Positions 41,876-53,390 are shown, numbered from the stretch's first letter. The stretch is DNA of 64,000 bases from Alphaproteobacteria bacterium (GCA_965237415.1 CBDEFM010000002.1:1888001-1952000), one strand, 5' to 3'. Numbers and translations: made by a program. Notes: generated from the letters alone by a model not told the origin.

Positions 41876-43678
41876 ATGACCGACCTCGCACGCATCCGCA
41901 ACGTCGCGATCATCGCCCACATCGATCACGGCAAATCGACCCTCGCCGACCGGCTGATCGAGCGCTGCGGCGGCCTGCAGAAACGCGAGATGACCAGCCA
42001 GGTGCTCGATTCGATGGAGCTCGAGCGCGAGCGCGGCATCACGATCAAGGCGCAGACCGTACGCCTCGCCTATCGCGGCGCCGACGGCGCAGAGCATGTC
42101 ATCAATCTGGTGGATACCCCCGGCCACGTCGACTTCTCCTACGAGGTGAGCCGCTCTCTAGCCGCATGCGAGGGCTCGTTGCTGGTGGTCGACGCCACCC
42201 AGGGCGTGGAGGCGCAGACCCTCGCCAACGCCTATCAGGCGGTGGATCACGACCACGAGATCGTCCCGGTGCTCAACAAGATGGACCTCGCCTCGGCCGA
42301 GCCGGAGCGGGTGAAGCAACAGATCGAGGACGTCATCGGCATCGACGCGTCGGGCGCGGTGGAGGTCTCTGCCAAGACCGGGCTGGGCATCGAGACCGTG
42401 CTGGATGCGCTCATCGCCCGCCTGCCCGCGCCCGAGGGCGATGAGGACGCGCCGCTCTCGGCGCTGCTGGTGGATAGCTGGTACGACCCCTATCTCGGCG
42501 TGGTGATTCTGGTGCGCGTCATGCACGGCCGGCTCACGCCGCGCACGAAGATACGGATGATGGCGTCCGGCGCCGAGCACGAGGTCGAGCGGGTCGGCGT
42601 GTTCACGCCCAAGAAGACGCTGGTCGACAGCCTCGGACCGGGCGAGATCGGCTTCATCACCGCCGCCATCAAGGACGTGGGCGACTGCGACGTGGGCGAC
42701 ACGATCACCGCGGTCAGACGACCTGCGGCGGCGGCGCTGCCGGGGTTTCGGCCTAGCGTGCCGGTGGTCTTCTGCGGGCTTTTTCCGGTCGATTCGAACG
42801 ACTACGAGCGGCTGCGCGAGAGCCTCGCCAAGCTCCGCCTCAACGATTCGAGCTTCCATTACGATGCCGAGAGCTCGCCCGCTCTGGGTTTCGGCTTCCG
42901 CTGCGGCTTTCTCGGCCTGCTCCACCTGGAGATCGTGCAGGAGCGGCTGGAGCGCGAGTTCGGCCTCGACCTCGTGGCGACGGCGCCGAGCGTGGTCTAC
43001 CGCGTGACGCTGACCGACGGCCAGGATCTCTCCCTCCACAATCCGGCGGACATGCCGGACCCCACGCGGATCAAGAGGATCGACGAGCCCTGGATTCACG
43101 CCACGATCCTGGTCCCCGACGAGCATCTGGGCGGCGTGCTTGCGCTCTGCGAGGAGAAGCGGGGCGTGCAGCTAGACCTGACCTACGCCGGCAACCGGGC
43201 GATGGTGATCTACCGGCTGCCGCTCAACGAGGTGGTCTTCGATTTCAACGACCGCCTGAAGTCGGTCTCGCGCGGCTATGCGAGCTTCGACTACCGGCTC
43301 GAAGACTATCTGGAGAGCGACCTGGTCAAGCTCGCCATCATGATCAACGGCGAGCCCGTGGACGCGCTCGCGCTGATCGCCCACCGGAGCCAGGCCGAAT
43401 GGCGCGGCCGTGCGCTCTGCGTCCGCCTCAAGGAGTTGATCCCGCGCCAGCTCTTCAAAATCGCGATTCAGGCCGCGATCGGCGGCAAGGTCATCGCGCG
43501 CGAGACCGTAAGTCCGCTGCGCAAAGACGTGCTCGCGAAGTGCTACGGCGGCGACGTGACGCGCAAGCGCAAGCTCTTGGAGAAGCAAAAGAAGGGCAAG
43601 AAGCGCATGCGCCAGATCGGCAACGTCGAGATTCCGCAGGAGGCATTTCTCGCCGCGCTCAAGATCGGCGAGTCGTAG
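41876..43678 (+). CDS. lepA: Elongation factor 4
   Basis: [41 protein letters not shown]. Confidence 0.98.
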   Translation: MTDLARIRNVAIIAHIDHGKSTLADRLIERCGGLQKREMTSQVLDSMELERERGITIKAQTVRLAYRGADGAEHVINLVDTPGHVDFSYEVSRSLAACEGSLLVVDATQGVEAQTLANAYQAVDHDHEIVPVLNKMDLASAEPERVKQQIEDVIGIDASGAVEVSAKTGLGIETVLDALIARLPAPEGDEDAPLSALLVDSWYDPYLGVVILVRVMHGRLTPRTKIRMMASGAEHEVERVGVFTPKKTLVDSLGPGEIGFITAAIKDVGDCDVGDTITAVRRPAAAALPGFRPSVPVVFCGLFPVDSNDYERLRESLAKLRLNDSSFHYDAESSPALGFGFRCGFLGLLHLEIVQERLEREFGLDLVATAPSVVYRVTLTDGQDLSLHNPADMPDPTRIKRIDEPWIHATILVPDEHLGGVLALCEEKRGVQLDLTYAGNRAMVIYRLPLNEVVFDFNDRLKSVSRGYASFDYRLEDYLESDLVKLAIMINGEPVDALALIAHRSQAEWRGRALCVRLKELIPRQLFKIAIQAAIGGKVIARETVSPLRKDVLAKCYGGDVTRKRKLLEKQKKGKKRMRQIGNVEIPQEAFLAALKIGES

Positions 43679-43679
43679 A

Positions 43680-43788
43680 GCGAGTCCGTCTTCGACGGAC
43701 TCGCGATAGGCCGCGACTGCGGCCCGCCGCTCCTGCGGCGCCCTCGCGGAGGCGCCGGCCGCAGGCCGGCTGCCGTGAGCGACAAAAA
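43680..43788 (+). repeat. Multi-hairpin element, copy C, directly after lepA stop
   Basis: Five consecutive hairpins ending TGAGCGACAAAAA. Confidence 0.6.
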
Positions 43789-43835
43789 TTCTAAGCGTTG
43801 GCTTGTAGAACGGAGACGCTTTGGCCAGGCCCGCC

Positions 43836-44144
43836 CTATTGCCAGCGGGTACTACGGCGCCTGCGCCTCCCGAGCAGGAGCAGCAACGCCGCCGGGACCA
43901 GGGGGATCGCCCAGGCGGGCCCGCGCAGCACCGGCAGCACGATATCGGACCAGAGCCAGGGGGCGACGTTCTTCTCGATCAGGGCCTGGAAGCCGACGAG
44001 GCTGTTCCCGTCGAACATGAACCACAGCTCGCCGCCCGAAATCAGGCGGTAGCCGCCGGCGCCCACCGCGCTATAGACCTCGTGGCCGAACACGGCGAAG
44101 AAAATCAGCAGGAGCGCGACCCCGATTAAGCGAACGATCACCAT
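43836..44144 (-). CDS. Hypothetical small membrane protein
   Basis: ATG after AGGGGAAG; two hydrophobic segments, GELW and PWLW motifs, basic tail. Confidence 0.75.
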   Translation of the reverse strand: MVIVRLIGVALLLIFFAVFGHEVYSAVGAGGYRLISGGELWFMFDGNSLVGFQALIEKNVAPWLWSDIVLPVLRGPAWAIPLVPAALLLLLGRRRRRSTRWQ

Positions 44145-44220
44145 ACGACTTCCCCTTTCCACCAATATGGTGCCTCGCGTATTGCAGCGCCAGACGTTGT
44201 TGCTATTGTTCCGCCGCCGC

Positions 44221-44308
44221 GGAGGGATGGCCGAGTGGTTTAAGGCGCACGCCTGGAAAGCGTGTTCACCGAAAGGTGTCCGGGGTTCGAATCCCCGTCC
44301 CTCCGCCA
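44221..44308 (+). tRNA. tRNA-Ser(GGA)
   Basis: GGAGGGA/TCCCTCC acceptor stem, CACGC-CTGGAAA-GCGTG anticodon arm, long variable arm, TTCGAAT loop, encoded CCA. Confidence 0.97.
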
Positions 44309-44382
44309 AATCATTCCTCTAATCCATTGAATCACACGATAATTTGAACGACCGGCGAACCAGCCCGGAATGGTCGCCCGGA

Positions 44383-46227
44383 TCAGAACGCGATGCGCAA
44401 TCCTGCGCTCACCAGGTGATCGCCGCGCGAGGTGTCGCCCGAGCGCCCCGAATGTCCTAGAACGGCACTCGCTTGCCCGCCCAGGCTGGCCGAGACGCCT
44501 ACATCGGCGCTGAGCCAGTGCCGGGGCGGTTTGAAGCCCTCTGCCGTAAACCGCCCGGCCATGGTGTTGGAGCCGGCCGTGACCGAGACGGGGTCGTCGT
44601 CGAGCTCTCTCTCATAAGCGACGCCGGCGTAGGGACGTACGACGAGGCCGCTCAGCTCCGCCTCGCCCGTCACTCGATAGCCGGCGCGGGCGACGAGGGA
44701 GCTCCGCTCGAACGCGGCAAAGTTCATCGCGGTGGGTGCGCGTCCGCTCTCCCGATACGCGTCGATCTCCTGATCGAGCCAGGAGAGGCCGATCGCCGGC
44801 CCATGACGGACCGTTTCCAATGCATCCAGCGTCCATCCGAGGCCGATATCGACGCCAACCTGACGCGCCGCCGTGGAACCGCGCTGGGTCCTCACCGCCG
44901 AGCCGAAAGGAATCGAGCGCTCGATATCCACCTCGGTCCTGCCGAGGTTCACCGCGCCGCTCAGGTGAATCGCGCCCATCCGCCACGTCCCGTGCAAGGA
45001 CCCGACGGTCGTATCGCTATCGAGGGTAGCCCCCGAGACGCCGTCGTCGTGCCGGCCGAGGCTCAGTGCGGCACCCCACCAGACGTCGGCCGACGCGCGC
45101 TGACCGAAGCCCACCGTGACCGCCTGCTCGTCGGCCTCTGCCTCGCCAAGACGCGGCAGCGCGTCGACTTCTCGCCGGCCCGAACGCACCAGCACGTAGC
45201 TGCGCCACTGACCGGCCGGCCGCTCGAGCTCCCTGTTGGAGAGTCGCTCGGCTGCGACGGCACTCCGGTGCGCCGCCACCACGCTCGCGAGCATCGCGTG
45301 CGCCGCGCCGCTGGGGTGCTTGCCGTCGGCGAACAGGAAACTCTCGTTGGCACCCGGCGCGTAGGTGGCGGGCGAAAGCGAACCTGCCGGACCGCAGGCG
45401 AGCGCGTTGACCGCCTCGCTGAGAGGAGCGCACGCTGTCCCGTCGACATTGGTGAAGCCATATTTCGCGGGGTCCCGAACAACCTGGTCGAAGAGCCCGA
45501 ATGCGTCGATCGGGACGATCCCGTCGTCGAGCGAGCCGAGCCCCGCGTCGAGCGCCTCGTTGTAACCCTGGGCGAGGGCCGTCAGCGTCGCCGAAAACCG
45601 TGGATCGGGGATGCTCTGGGCGAACGGTGTCGCGCCTGGATCCGGCAGGTTGAAGACCACGATATGGCGTGCGCCCGCATCCTGGAGACGTTGGATCGCG
45701 CGAGCGTAATGTCGCACCGTCTCCGCGATGGCGGCCTCGGGATTGACCGGCGGAGCACCCGGCGCAGGCATCAGGGCGGCCTCGAGGATATCGACGAGGT
45801 CGTTGCTCCCGGCCCATAGGGCGTAGAGGGCGTCGGGATCGGCCTCACCATCTGGCCGCGAGCCAACATGGAGGGCAATCTGCTCGTCGATCCCCGGCAA
45901 CCGTATCTCGCCGACCCCCGGCACGGTGACGAGACAGGGGAGGTCCGGATTCACGCAGGCACCGCCGATGGCGTAGTTCGTCCCACGGGCGCCCGACGGC
46001 AGGGCAAACGCATCGAATTCGCCCGCCACGATCTCTGCCCAGACCGGGTCAGGGTTGGTGGTGAAGCTGTTTCCCGGCGGCACCAACGGCAAGAGTTGGG
46101 CCACGTTGCCGGAGTCGCTCAAGCTGTCGCCGAACACGACGACGGCGCTGTAGTCCTGCGCCCGAGCGCCGGACGCGCAGGCGACAAAGGCGAGAGCAAC
46201 CAAGAGTGCGCGAACATGAAGACGCAT
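44383..46227 (-). CDS. EstA-like autotransporter GDSL esterase/lipase
   Basis: Signal peptide, FGDSLSD, G.ND, D.KHP catalytic motif, beta-barrel ending in Phe. Confidence 0.9.
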   Translation of the reverse strand: MRLHVRALLVALAFVACASGARAQDYSAVVVFGDSLSDSGNVAQLLPLVPPGNSFTTNPDPVWAEIVAGEFDAFALPSGARGTNYAIGGACVNPDLPCLVTVPGVGEIRLPGIDEQIALHVGSRPDGEADPDALYALWAGSNDLVDILEAALMPAPGAPPVNPEAAIAETVRHYARAIQRLQDAGARHIVVFNLPDPGATPFAQSIPDPRFSATLTALAQGYNEALDAGLGSLDDGIVPIDAFGLFDQVVRDPAKYGFTNVDGTACAPLSEAVNALACGPAGSLSPATYAPGANESFLFADGKHPSGAAHAMLASVVAAHRSAVAAERLSNRELERPAGQWRSYVLVRSGRREVDALPRLGEAEADEQAVTVGFGQRASADVWWGAALSLGRHDDGVSGATLDSDTTVGSLHGTWRMGAIHLSGAVNLGRTEVDIERSIPFGSAVRTQRGSTAARQVGVDIGLGWTLDALETVRHGPAIGLSWLDQEIDAYRESGRAPTAMNFAAFERSSLVARAGYRVTGEAELSGLVVRPYAGVAYERELDDDPVSVTAGSNTMAGRFTAEGFKPPRHWLSADVGVSASLGGQASAVLGHSGRSGDTSRGDHLVSAGLRIAF

Positions 46228-46286
46228 CGCATGCCTCCCTGATGGCATTCGGCCAGCGTTCGCGGGTGCCGGTGGTCGGAGGCGTC

Positions 46287-46700
46287 TCAGGCCGTGGTCC
46301 GCCCCCGAAGCATGTCGCGGAGTGTGCAGAGCTCGTCGAGGACGCGGGTGGCGCGGGCGCGGACCTCAGGGTCGAGGGAGCTCTCGACTTCGATCCTGTC
46401 AGGCGCTGCGGGTGCGGCGGCCGGCCGGGACGCCCGCTCGCGCAGCAGCTTCTGCACGCCGCGCACGGTGTATCCCTCGGCGTGCAGCAGGTGCCGGATA
46501 TGGCGCAGCAGCGCCACATCCTCGGGCCGGTAGTAGCGCCGCCCGCCGCCCCGCTTGAGCGGCCTGATCTGGGGGAACTTGGTCTCCCAGAAGCGCAGCA
46601 CGTGCTGCGGCACGGTGAGCGCCTCCGAGACTTCGCCGATGGTACGGAATGCGTCCGGCGATTTCAGAATGCCCGCGCCAGCGGGCTCGGCACCCTGCAT
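46287..46700 (-). CDS. MerR family transcriptional regulator (ihfA-associated)
   Basis: [33 protein letters not shown]. Confidence 0.92.
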   Translation of the reverse strand: MQGAEPAGAGILKSPDAFRTIGEVSEALTVPQHVLRFWETKFPQIRPLKRGGGRRYYRPEDVALLRHIRHLLHAEGYTVRGVQKLLRERASRPAAAPAAPDRIEVESSLDPEVRARATRVLDELCTLRDMLRGRTTA

Positions 46701-46703
46701 CGT

Positions 46704-47072
46704 CTAGTAAGAGGCCGGCCCGCCGGGCCGCTCAATGTCGGACACCGTCTCCGCGCTCTCGCCCTCTTCAGCGGGCGCGAGCAAGCTATTGATGCGGTCC
46801 TTCAGCACATGGGACGCGCGGAATACCAGGACGCGGCGCGGAACGATGGGCACCTCTTCGCCGGTCTTGGGGTTGCGCCCGATACGCTCGCCCTTCATCC
46901 GCGCGCTGAAGCTGCCGAAGGAAGAAATCTTCACCGGCTCGCCACGCGCCAGAGCATCGGCAATCAAGCCGAGGACGGATTCTACCAAATCCGCCGATTC
47001 CTTGCGTGACAGGCCGATTTCGCGGAAGACAGCCTCGGCAAGATCGGCGCGGGTGACCGTTCGCCCGGCCAT
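46704..47072 (-). CDS. ihfA: Integration host factor alpha subunit
   Basis: [30 protein letters not shown]. Confidence 0.96.
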   Translation of the reverse strand: MAGRTVTRADLAEAVFREIGLSRKESADLVESVLGLIADALARGEPVKISSFGSFSARMKGERIGRNPKTGEEVPIVPRRVLVFRASHVLKDRINSLLAPAEEGESAETVSDIERPGGPASY

Positions 47073-47177
47073 TGTTTCCCGCCTCCCTTATGATGGCGGC
47101 CACGGTAATGCCTCGGCGCCGCAGCGTCAACCACGACTCGCGTGCCCGACTTTCAATTGTCGGGCGGGCTCAACGCC

Positions 47178-48149
47178 TTACAAACGGATGACGCCGGCGC
47201 CCCAAACCAGCCCGCCGCCGATCGCCTCGACCACCAGTAAATCTCCCGGCTTGATCCGCCCGTCGTCGATGCCGGCGTTGAGCGCGAGCGGGATGGAGGC
47301 AGACGAGGTGTTGGCGTGGCGGTCCACGGTCACGATCGTCTTCTCCGCCGGGATGCCGAGCTTCTTGCCGGTCGCATCGATGATGCGGCGGTTCGCCTGA
47401 TGGGGGACCAGCCAGTCGACCTCGTCGACGCCGACACCTGCGGCTTCCAGCGCCTCGCCCGCGATTTCCGCCAGATTGGCTACGGCATGGCGGAAGACCT
47501 CGCGCCCCTGCATCCTGAGATGGCCCGACGTCTGGGTGGAGGAGACGCCGCCGTCAACATAGAGCACCTGATAGTGGCGCCCGTCGGAACGCATGCGGAC
47601 CGAGAGCACGCCTCTATCCGCCGTGCTGCCTGCGCCGGTCTCTGCACGCAGCACCGCGGCCCCTGCCCCGTCGCCAAAGAGCACGCAGGTCTGGCGGTCG
47701 TCCCAATCGAGGATGCGCGAATAGGTCTCGGCGCCGACGATGAGCGCCGTTTCGGCCGCGCCGCTCTTGACCATGCTGTCGGCCACCTGGAGTGCGCAGA
47801 CGAAGCCTGCGCATACCGCCTGGACGTCGAAGGCGATGCCGCCGGTCATGCCGAGCCTCGCCTGCACCTTGGTCGCGGTGGCAGGGAAGGTGTTGTCCGG
47901 CGTCGACGTCGCCAGCACCAGCAGGTCGAGCGCGGCGGCGTCGATGCCGGCTGCCTCCAGCGCCGCCTGGCTCGCCGCACAGGCGAGGTCGGAGGTCAGT
48001 TGGTCATCGGCGGCAACATGGCGCTGCCTGATGCCGGTCCGGGTCTTGATCCACTCGTCGCTTGTGTCGATGCGCGTGCTGAGCTCATCGTTGCTGAGCA
48101 CCCGGTCGGGGAGATAGGCGCCGCAGCCGACCAACCGGGAACGGCGCAT
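47178..48149 (-). CDS. fabH: 3-oxoacyl-ACP synthase III
   Basis: [27 protein letters not shown]. Confidence 0.96.
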   Translation of the reverse strand: MRRSRLVGCGAYLPDRVLSNDELSTRIDTSDEWIKTRTGIRQRHVAADDQLTSDLACAASQAALEAAGIDAAALDLLVLATSTPDNTFPATATKVQARLGMTGGIAFDVQAVCAGFVCALQVADSMVKSGAAETALIVGAETYSRILDWDDRQTCVLFGDGAGAAVLRAETGAGSTADRGVLSVRMRSDGRHYQVLYVDGGVSSTQTSGHLRMQGREVFRHAVANLAEIAGEALEAAGVGVDEVDWLVPHQANRRIIDATGKKLGIPAEKTIVTVDRHANTSSASIPLALNAGIDDGRIKPGDLLVVEAIGGGLVWGAGVIRL

Positions 48150-48151
48150 AG

Positions 48152-49204
48152 CTATAGCGCGGCCCTCTTAGGCTCCGGCAGAGTCGAAAGCTGGAGACGC
48201 GACAGCTCGTCGATGATCTTGGGATTGATCCCCTGGCTCACCATGTCGAAGGCGACGCCGACGGCGTTGGCGAAGCCCTTGTGATCGGTGCCCCCGTGGC
48301 TCTTCACAACGACCCCGTTCACGCCCAGGAACATCGCACCGTTATAGGCGCGGGGGTCGACGCGCTCCCTGAGCAGGCGGAGTGCCGGCCGCGCCAGCAG
48401 GTAGCCCAGCCGCGAGAACAGCGAACGCCGGAAGGCGCTCTTCAGATACTCGGTGTAGAGGCGCGCCGTACCCTCCGCCGACTTGAGCGCGATGTTGCCG
48501 GCGAAGCCATCGGTTGCGATGACATCGACCGTGCCGGCGGCGATGTCGTCGGCCTCGACGAATCCGTGAAACTTGATGGGCAGCCCGGAATTTCGCAGCG
48601 TCGAGGCGGCGGTGCGAATGATCTCGCTGCCCTTCAGCTCCTCGGTGCCGATGTTGAGGAGGCCCACTGTCGGCTCGCGCACGCCGAGAACGTTGCGCGC
48701 GAAGACCTCGCCCATCACGGCGAACTGCGCGAGCGTCGTCGAGTCGCAGTCGATGTTGGCGCCGAGATCGAGCATCACGCTCTCGCCCCGCACCGTGGGC
48801 ACGATCGACCCCATCGCCGGGCGGCCGATGCCCGGCAGGGTCTTGAGCGTGAATTTGGAAAGCGCCATGAGCGCGCCGGTGTTGCCTGCCGAGACCACAC
48901 CGTGCGCCGTCTTCTCGCCCACGGCGTCGATCGCTAGCCGCATGCTCGAACGCTGGCGCCGGCGAAGCACCTGGACAGGCTTGTCGTTGTCGGCGATCAC
49001 CTCGTCGGCATGGTGGATGGTGCTGACCGACTTCAGGCGCTTGTAACGCTCCAGGCTTGCGGCAATCGCCGTCTCCTTGCCGAAGAACATGAAGCGGAGA
49101 CGCGGATAGCGCACGCGGGCGATGTTGGCGCCCCGGATCACCACGTCGGGTGCACCGTCCCCGCCCATCGCATCCAGGGCGATCACGATCTCCGATTGGC
49201 TCAT
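48152..49204 (-). CDS. plsX: Phosphate acyltransferase PlsX
   Basis: [22 protein letters not shown]. Confidence 0.96.
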   Translation of the reverse strand: MSQSEIVIALDAMGGDGAPDVVIRGANIARVRYPRLRFMFFGKETAIAASLERYKRLKSVSTIHHADEVIADNDKPVQVLRRRQRSSMRLAIDAVGEKTAHGVVSAGNTGALMALSKFTLKTLPGIGRPAMGSIVPTVRGESVMLDLGANIDCDSTTLAQFAVMGEVFARNVLGVREPTVGLLNIGTEELKGSEIIRTAASTLRNSGLPIKFHGFVEADDIAAGTVDVIATDGFAGNIALKSAEGTARLYTEYLKSAFRRSLFSRLGYLLARPALRLLRERVDPRAYNGAMFLGVNGVVVKSHGGTDHKGFANAVGVAFDMVSQGINPKIIDELSRLQLSTLPEPKRAAL

Positions 49205-49234
49205 CCTGGGCCTTCGCCTCGGCCTGGTGTTGGG

Positions 49235-49414
49235 CTAGGCCTCGCCCTCGATCACTTCGCGGCCCCTATAGTAGCCGCAGGCCCGGCACACATGGTGGGG
49301 CAGCTTGTGCTCGCCGCAATTCGGGCATTCGGCCGGATTGGCCTTCGCCAGCGCGTCATGGGAGCGACGACTCCCGCGCCGCGCGCGGGAGACTTTCTTT
49401 TTCGGGACGGCCAT
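49235..49414 (-). CDS. rpmF: 50S ribosomal protein L32 (absent from ORF track)
   Basis: Hand translation [22 protein letters not shown]...[25 protein letters not shown], 59 aa. Confidence 0.96.
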   Translation of the reverse strand: MAVPKKKVSRARRGSRRSHDALAKANPAECPNCGEHKLPHHVCRACGYYRGREVIEGEA

Positions 49415-49508
49415 CGATAACTTCTCACCGCTTGAATGCGCCGACGCTGCGCCATCGCTTCAGCAGGATCGCGTCAACTGCGCCGGCACTACACGATCGA
49501 CTCGCACA

Positions 49509-50081
49509 TTACAACTTGCTTTTCAGTTGGCCAAGCACCGCAAACGGTCCAGCGTCCACATCGCCACTCGATTCGCCTTTTCCGGGCTCCCCCCCGCCTG
49601 CCGTGTAGGTGAGCGGCTCAGCCGGCGCGTCCGGGTGGCGCGGATAGGGGTCGAGGAAGAGCGCAAGATGCTCCGCCACCACCTCTCCCACATCGATGCA
49701 GTCGGCGGGCAGCGGCTCCGCCTCCTCACCCTCCGCCAGAACCTCAACCTCGTGCTCAGACGAGTCCTCCGGCAATGGCGCGTAGAGGACGGAAATCGCT
49801 TCGCAGAGCGTGCGCGGCACGGGCTCGAGCGTCACCACGCAGCTCTGAGCGAGCCGCGCCTGGATCGTACCGCTCACGCGAATAGCCCCCTCGGCGTCGC
49901 CAGCCGGCTCGACGCGAAGCTCCGCCGCAAGCAGCTCCAATGCCAGCAGGTCGAGCCGGCGCATGAGCGCCTCCCTCTCCGCATCGTCGAACTCGATCTC
50001 AAGGGTGAGGCCCCGCGGACCCACCTCGTCGGGCGCGATCAAGCGCCGGCCTCTGGCGCGCGCGGGCGAATCGGCGCTCAC
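49509..50081 (-). CDS. yceD: YceD/DUF177 family protein
   Basis: Q.CVVTLEPV, LDPYPR, PFAVL; upstream of rpmF; GTGA overlap with preceding gene. Confidence 0.88.
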   Translation of the reverse strand: MSADSPARARGRRLIAPDEVGPRGLTLEIEFDDAEREALMRRLDLLALELLAAELRVEPAGDAEGAIRVSGTIQARLAQSCVVTLEPVPRTLCEAISVLYAPLPEDSSEHEVEVLAEGEEAEPLPADCIDVGEVVAEHLALFLDPYPRHPDAPAEPLTYTAGGGEPGKGESSGDVDAGPFAVLGQLKSKL

Positions 50082-50674
50082 GGGCCGTTCTCTGCCGCAG
50101 GCGCAACCATGAGCGAGGAAACCGGCGGCAGCTCGAGCTCGCCGCCGAGCAACGCGGCGGGGCTCTGGCGATCGAGCGCATCCAGCAATGACTCGACATA
50201 GCACGCCATCGCCTCGACGCGGGCGGCGGGCGGCGGGTCGTTGTTGAAGACGTTGCGCTCCAGCGCTTCGGCGATGGAGCTGCGGCGCTCTGCGCCCGGC
50301 GCCTGATCGAAGGCCTGGTCATAGGCCATGGCGCGCCCATAGAAGGCGCGGGCCATCTGTTTCACCCGTTTGCCGACGCGGAGGTCGCCGACGCCCATCT
50401 CGCGGAGGCTCTGATCCATGTCGTCGAACATCACGTCGAAGAGCGCCTGGCTCAGCTGCCGGCCCCCCTCATCGCACTGGCGCAGCCTGCGCATCAAAGG
50501 AACCACATGCAGGACGATCAGGTCGAAGCGGCCGTCGAGCGTGTCCGCAACGCCGCCCTCGGTGTAGAGGATGGGATCGCGCGCCTGGCGCACTGCTACC
50601 ATGTAGAGGCGTCGGGCCGCCTCGCGCCGGCGCTTGCGCCCCTTCAGTTGGCGCCAGATGCGCCCGACTGCCAT
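50078..50674 (-). CDS. Ubiquinol-cytochrome c chaperone (Cbp3 family)
   Basis: DTLDGRFD, DMDQSLREMGVGDL.V.KR, AFYGR..AYD. Confidence 0.9.
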   Translation of the reverse strand: MAVGRIWRQLKGRKRRREAARRLYMVAVRQARDPILYTEGGVADTLDGRFDLIVLHVVPLMRRLRQCDEGGRQLSQALFDVMFDDMDQSLREMGVGDLRVGKRVKQMARAFYGRAMAYDQAFDQAPGAERRSSIAEALERNVFNNDPPPAARVEAMACYVESLLDALDRQSPAALLGGELELPPVSSLMVAPAAENGP

Positions 50675-50763
50675 GACGATACACTTCCTCGCCGGTCCGC
50701 GCCGTTGACACGTCTCGTCAACGCGCGCAGGTTGACGCGGCTTAGCGAGCGGAGGTGGCTTCC

Positions 50764-51255
50764 ATGGCGCTGCGGCGCAGATTCGGAGAGACTATCGCAG
50801 CGCACGCATGCGGACAGCGCACCCGGCGCGCCCTGCTCGGCTGCGCGCTGGCGGCGGCGCTGCTCGCCGGCTGCGAACCGATTGTCCACCAGCAGGGCCA
50901 TGTGAGCGATCCGGAAGCGCTGGTCGAAATCAAGCCCGGCGTGCAGGCCCGCGAGGACGTTGCACGCCTGCTGGGCACGCCGTCCTCGATGGGGACGTTC
51001 GACGACAAGCACTGGTACTACATCAGCCGTCGCACGGAGACGACGGCGTTCTACGAACCCGACCTGGTCGACCAGAACGTCACCGTGATCGCCTTCGACG
51101 AGAACGGCGTCGTGGCCGAGGTCGCCTCGCTTTCGCTCGCCGAGGCGCGCGCGATCGAGCCGGTGGACGAGGAGAGCCCGACGCGCGGGCGCACGCTCGG
51201 CCTGCTCGAGCAGCTTTTCGGCAACATCGGCCGGCCGGTCGCGCCCCCGCAGTAA
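50764..51255 (+). CDS. bamE: Outer membrane assembly lipoprotein BamE (start uncertain)
   Basis: Lipobox LAGC, LGTPS, WYYIS, LFGNIGR. Confidence 0.9.
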   Translation: MALRRRFGETIAAHACGQRTRRALLGCALAAALLAGCEPIVHQQGHVSDPEALVEIKPGVQAREDVARLLGTPSSMGTFDDKHWYYISRRTETTAFYEPDLVDQNVTVIAFDENGVVAEVASLSLAEARAIEPVDEESPTRGRTLGLLEQLFGNIGRPVAPPQ

Positions 51256-51296
51256 GGCGCCTCGTCCCCTCGATCTCCTCCCGGCGCTGAGGCGCA

Positions 51297-53390
51297 TCAA
51301 CCGGCGGTGAACTTCGCGATGATGGCGAGCAGCAGGATCGCCACGATATTGGTGATCTTGATCATCGGGTTGATGGCGGGCCCGGCGGTGTCCTTGTAGG
51401 GATCGCCGACGGTATCGCCGGTGACCGCCGCCTTGTGGCTGTCCGAGCCCTTGCCGCCGTAGTTGCCGTCCTCGATGTATTTCTTGGCATTGTCCCAGGC
51501 GCCGCCGCCGACAGTCATGGCAATGGCGAGGAAGAGCCCGGTCACGATCGTGCCCATGAGAGCCGCGCCCAGTGCCGAGAAGCCGGCCGATTGGCCCGCG
51601 ATCGCCCAGATCACGATATAGAGCACGATCGGCGCCAGGATCGGCAGCAGCGAGGGCAGGATCATCTCGCGGATGGCTGCCTTCGTGAGCAGATCGACGG
51701 CGCGGCCGTATTCCGGCTTGCCTGTCCCCTCCATGATGCCGGCGATCTCCCTGAACTGCCGGCGTACCTCGAGCACCACGGAGGCCGCGGCCCGGCCGAC
51801 CGCGAGCATCGCCATGGAGGCGAAGAGGAAGGGCAGGAGACCGCCGAAGAAGAGGCCGACGACCACATAGGGATTGCTCAACGAGTAGTCGAGCTCGACG
51901 CCCGGGAAGTATCGCCCCACTTCCTCGGTATAGGCCGTGAACAGCACAAGCGCAGCAAGCCCTGCGGAGGCGATGGCGTAGCCCTTGGTCACCGCCTTGG
52001 TGGTGTTGCCGACCGCATCCAGCGCGTCGGTCGTTCGCCGCACGTCCTCTGGCAAGTCCGCCATCTCGGCGATGCCGCCGGCATTGTCGGTCACCGGGCC
52101 ATAGGCATCGAGGGCAACGACCATGCCGGCGAGCGCCAGCATCGCTGTCACCGCGATCGCGATGCCGAAGAGGCCGGCAGCGAGATAGGCGAGGATGATC
52201 CCTGCCGAGATGATGATCGCGGGAAGCGCCGTCGCCTGCATGGAGACCGCAAGCCCCTGGATGATGTTGGTGGCATCCCCCGTGGTCGACGCCTTGGCGA
52301 TACCGCGCACCGGCCCGAACTCGGTCGACGTGTAGTATTCGGTGACCCAGATCATGAGGCCGGTCACCACCAGCCCGATCAACCCGCAGAGGAAGAGGTC
52401 GAGGCCCGAGGCCGTCACGTCGCCGACTGTGAACTCGGTGTTCCAGCCCACCACCCAGTCGGTGATCGGATAGAACGCGATGGCGGAGAGCACGGCGGAG
52501 ACCAGGAAGCCGCGATAGAGCGCGGGCATGATCTTCTGGCTCTTGCCGAGGCGGACAAAAAAGGTGCCGATCACCGACGCCAGGATGCAGGCGCCGCCGA
52601 TAGCCAGCGGGTAGAGCATGAGCGATTGCTGCAACGGCCCGGTGAAGAACACCGCCGCGAGCAGCATGGTGGCGACGATGGTGACGGCATAGGTCTCGAA
52701 GAGGTCGGCCGCCATGCCGGCGCAGTCGCCCACATTGTCGCCGACATTGTCTGCGATCACCGCGGGGTTGCGCGGATCGTCTTCGGGAATGCCGGCTTCC
52801 ACCTTGCCGACCAGGTCGGCGCCCACGTCGGCGCCCTTGGTGAAGATGCCGCCGCCCAAGCGCGCGAAGATCGAGATGAGCGAGCCGCCGAAGCCCAGCG
52901 CGACGAGCGCTTCCAGCACGGTCTTCGTCTCGACCTCCGCGATCAGCAGGATCGCGTAATAGACGGTGACGCCGAGGAGGCCGAGGCCCACCACCAGAAG
53001 GCCGGTGATTGCGCCGGAGCGGAAGGCGACGCTGAGCGCAGGCTTGAGCCCGCCGGTCCGGGCCGCATCTGCGGTCCGTACATTCGCCCGCACAGAGACG
53101 TGCATGCCGATGTAGCCGGCCGCGCCGGAAAGAACCGCACCGATCAGGAAGCCGATGCCCACCAGATGGCCGAGGAGCCCGGTCAGAATGCCGAACAGCA
53201 CCAGCCCGACGAGGGAGATCGTCAGGTACTGGCGGTTCAAGTAGGCCCGCGCGCCCTCCTGCACGGCGGCGGCGATCTCCTGCATGCGCTCCGTGCCGGC
53301 GCTCGCGCTCAGGACCGACCGTGTGGCGTAAAGACCATAGGCGAGCGCGACGAGTCCGCAGGCCACGGCAAACCAAAGGATTGCTGACAT
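51297..53390 (-). CDS. hppA: Membrane-bound H+-translocating pyrophosphatase, K+-independent type
   Basis: [26 protein letters not shown] (Lys variant), [10 protein letters not shown]. Confidence 0.95.
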   Translation of the reverse strand: MSAILWFAVACGLVALAYGLYATRSVLSASAGTERMQEIAAAVQEGARAYLNRQYLTISLVGLVLFGILTGLLGHLVGIGFLIGAVLSGAAGYIGMHVSVRANVRTADAARTGGLKPALSVAFRSGAITGLLVVGLGLLGVTVYYAILLIAEVETKTVLEALVALGFGGSLISIFARLGGGIFTKGADVGADLVGKVEAGIPEDDPRNPAVIADNVGDNVGDCAGMAADLFETYAVTIVATMLLAAVFFTGPLQQSLMLYPLAIGGACILASVIGTFFVRLGKSQKIMPALYRGFLVSAVLSAIAFYPITDWVVGWNTEFTVGDVTASGLDLFLCGLIGLVVTGLMIWVTEYYTSTEFGPVRGIAKASTTGDATNIIQGLAVSMQATALPAIIISAGIILAYLAAGLFGIAIAVTAMLALAGMVVALDAYGPVTDNAGGIAEMADLPEDVRRTTDALDAVGNTTKAVTKGYAIASAGLAALVLFTAYTEEVGRYFPGVELDYSLSNPYVVVGLFFGGLLPFLFASMAMLAVGRAAASVVLEVRRQFREIAGIMEGTGKPEYGRAVDLLTKAAIREMILPSLLPILAPIVLYIVIWAIAGQSAGFSALGAALMGTIVTGLFLAIAMTVGGGAWDNAKKYIEDGNYGGKGSDSHKAAVTGDTVGDPYKDTAGPAINPMIKITNIVAILLLAIIAKFTAG

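Noticed and set aside
44145-44309. N-terminal extension of ORF 43836-44309 (MAEGRGFEP...)
   Set aside because: It is the antisense translation of tRNA-Ser; the plausible start is ATG 44144
44309-46286. Intact prophage or integrative element at tRNA-Ser
   Set aside because: No integrase, phage genes or visible att duplication
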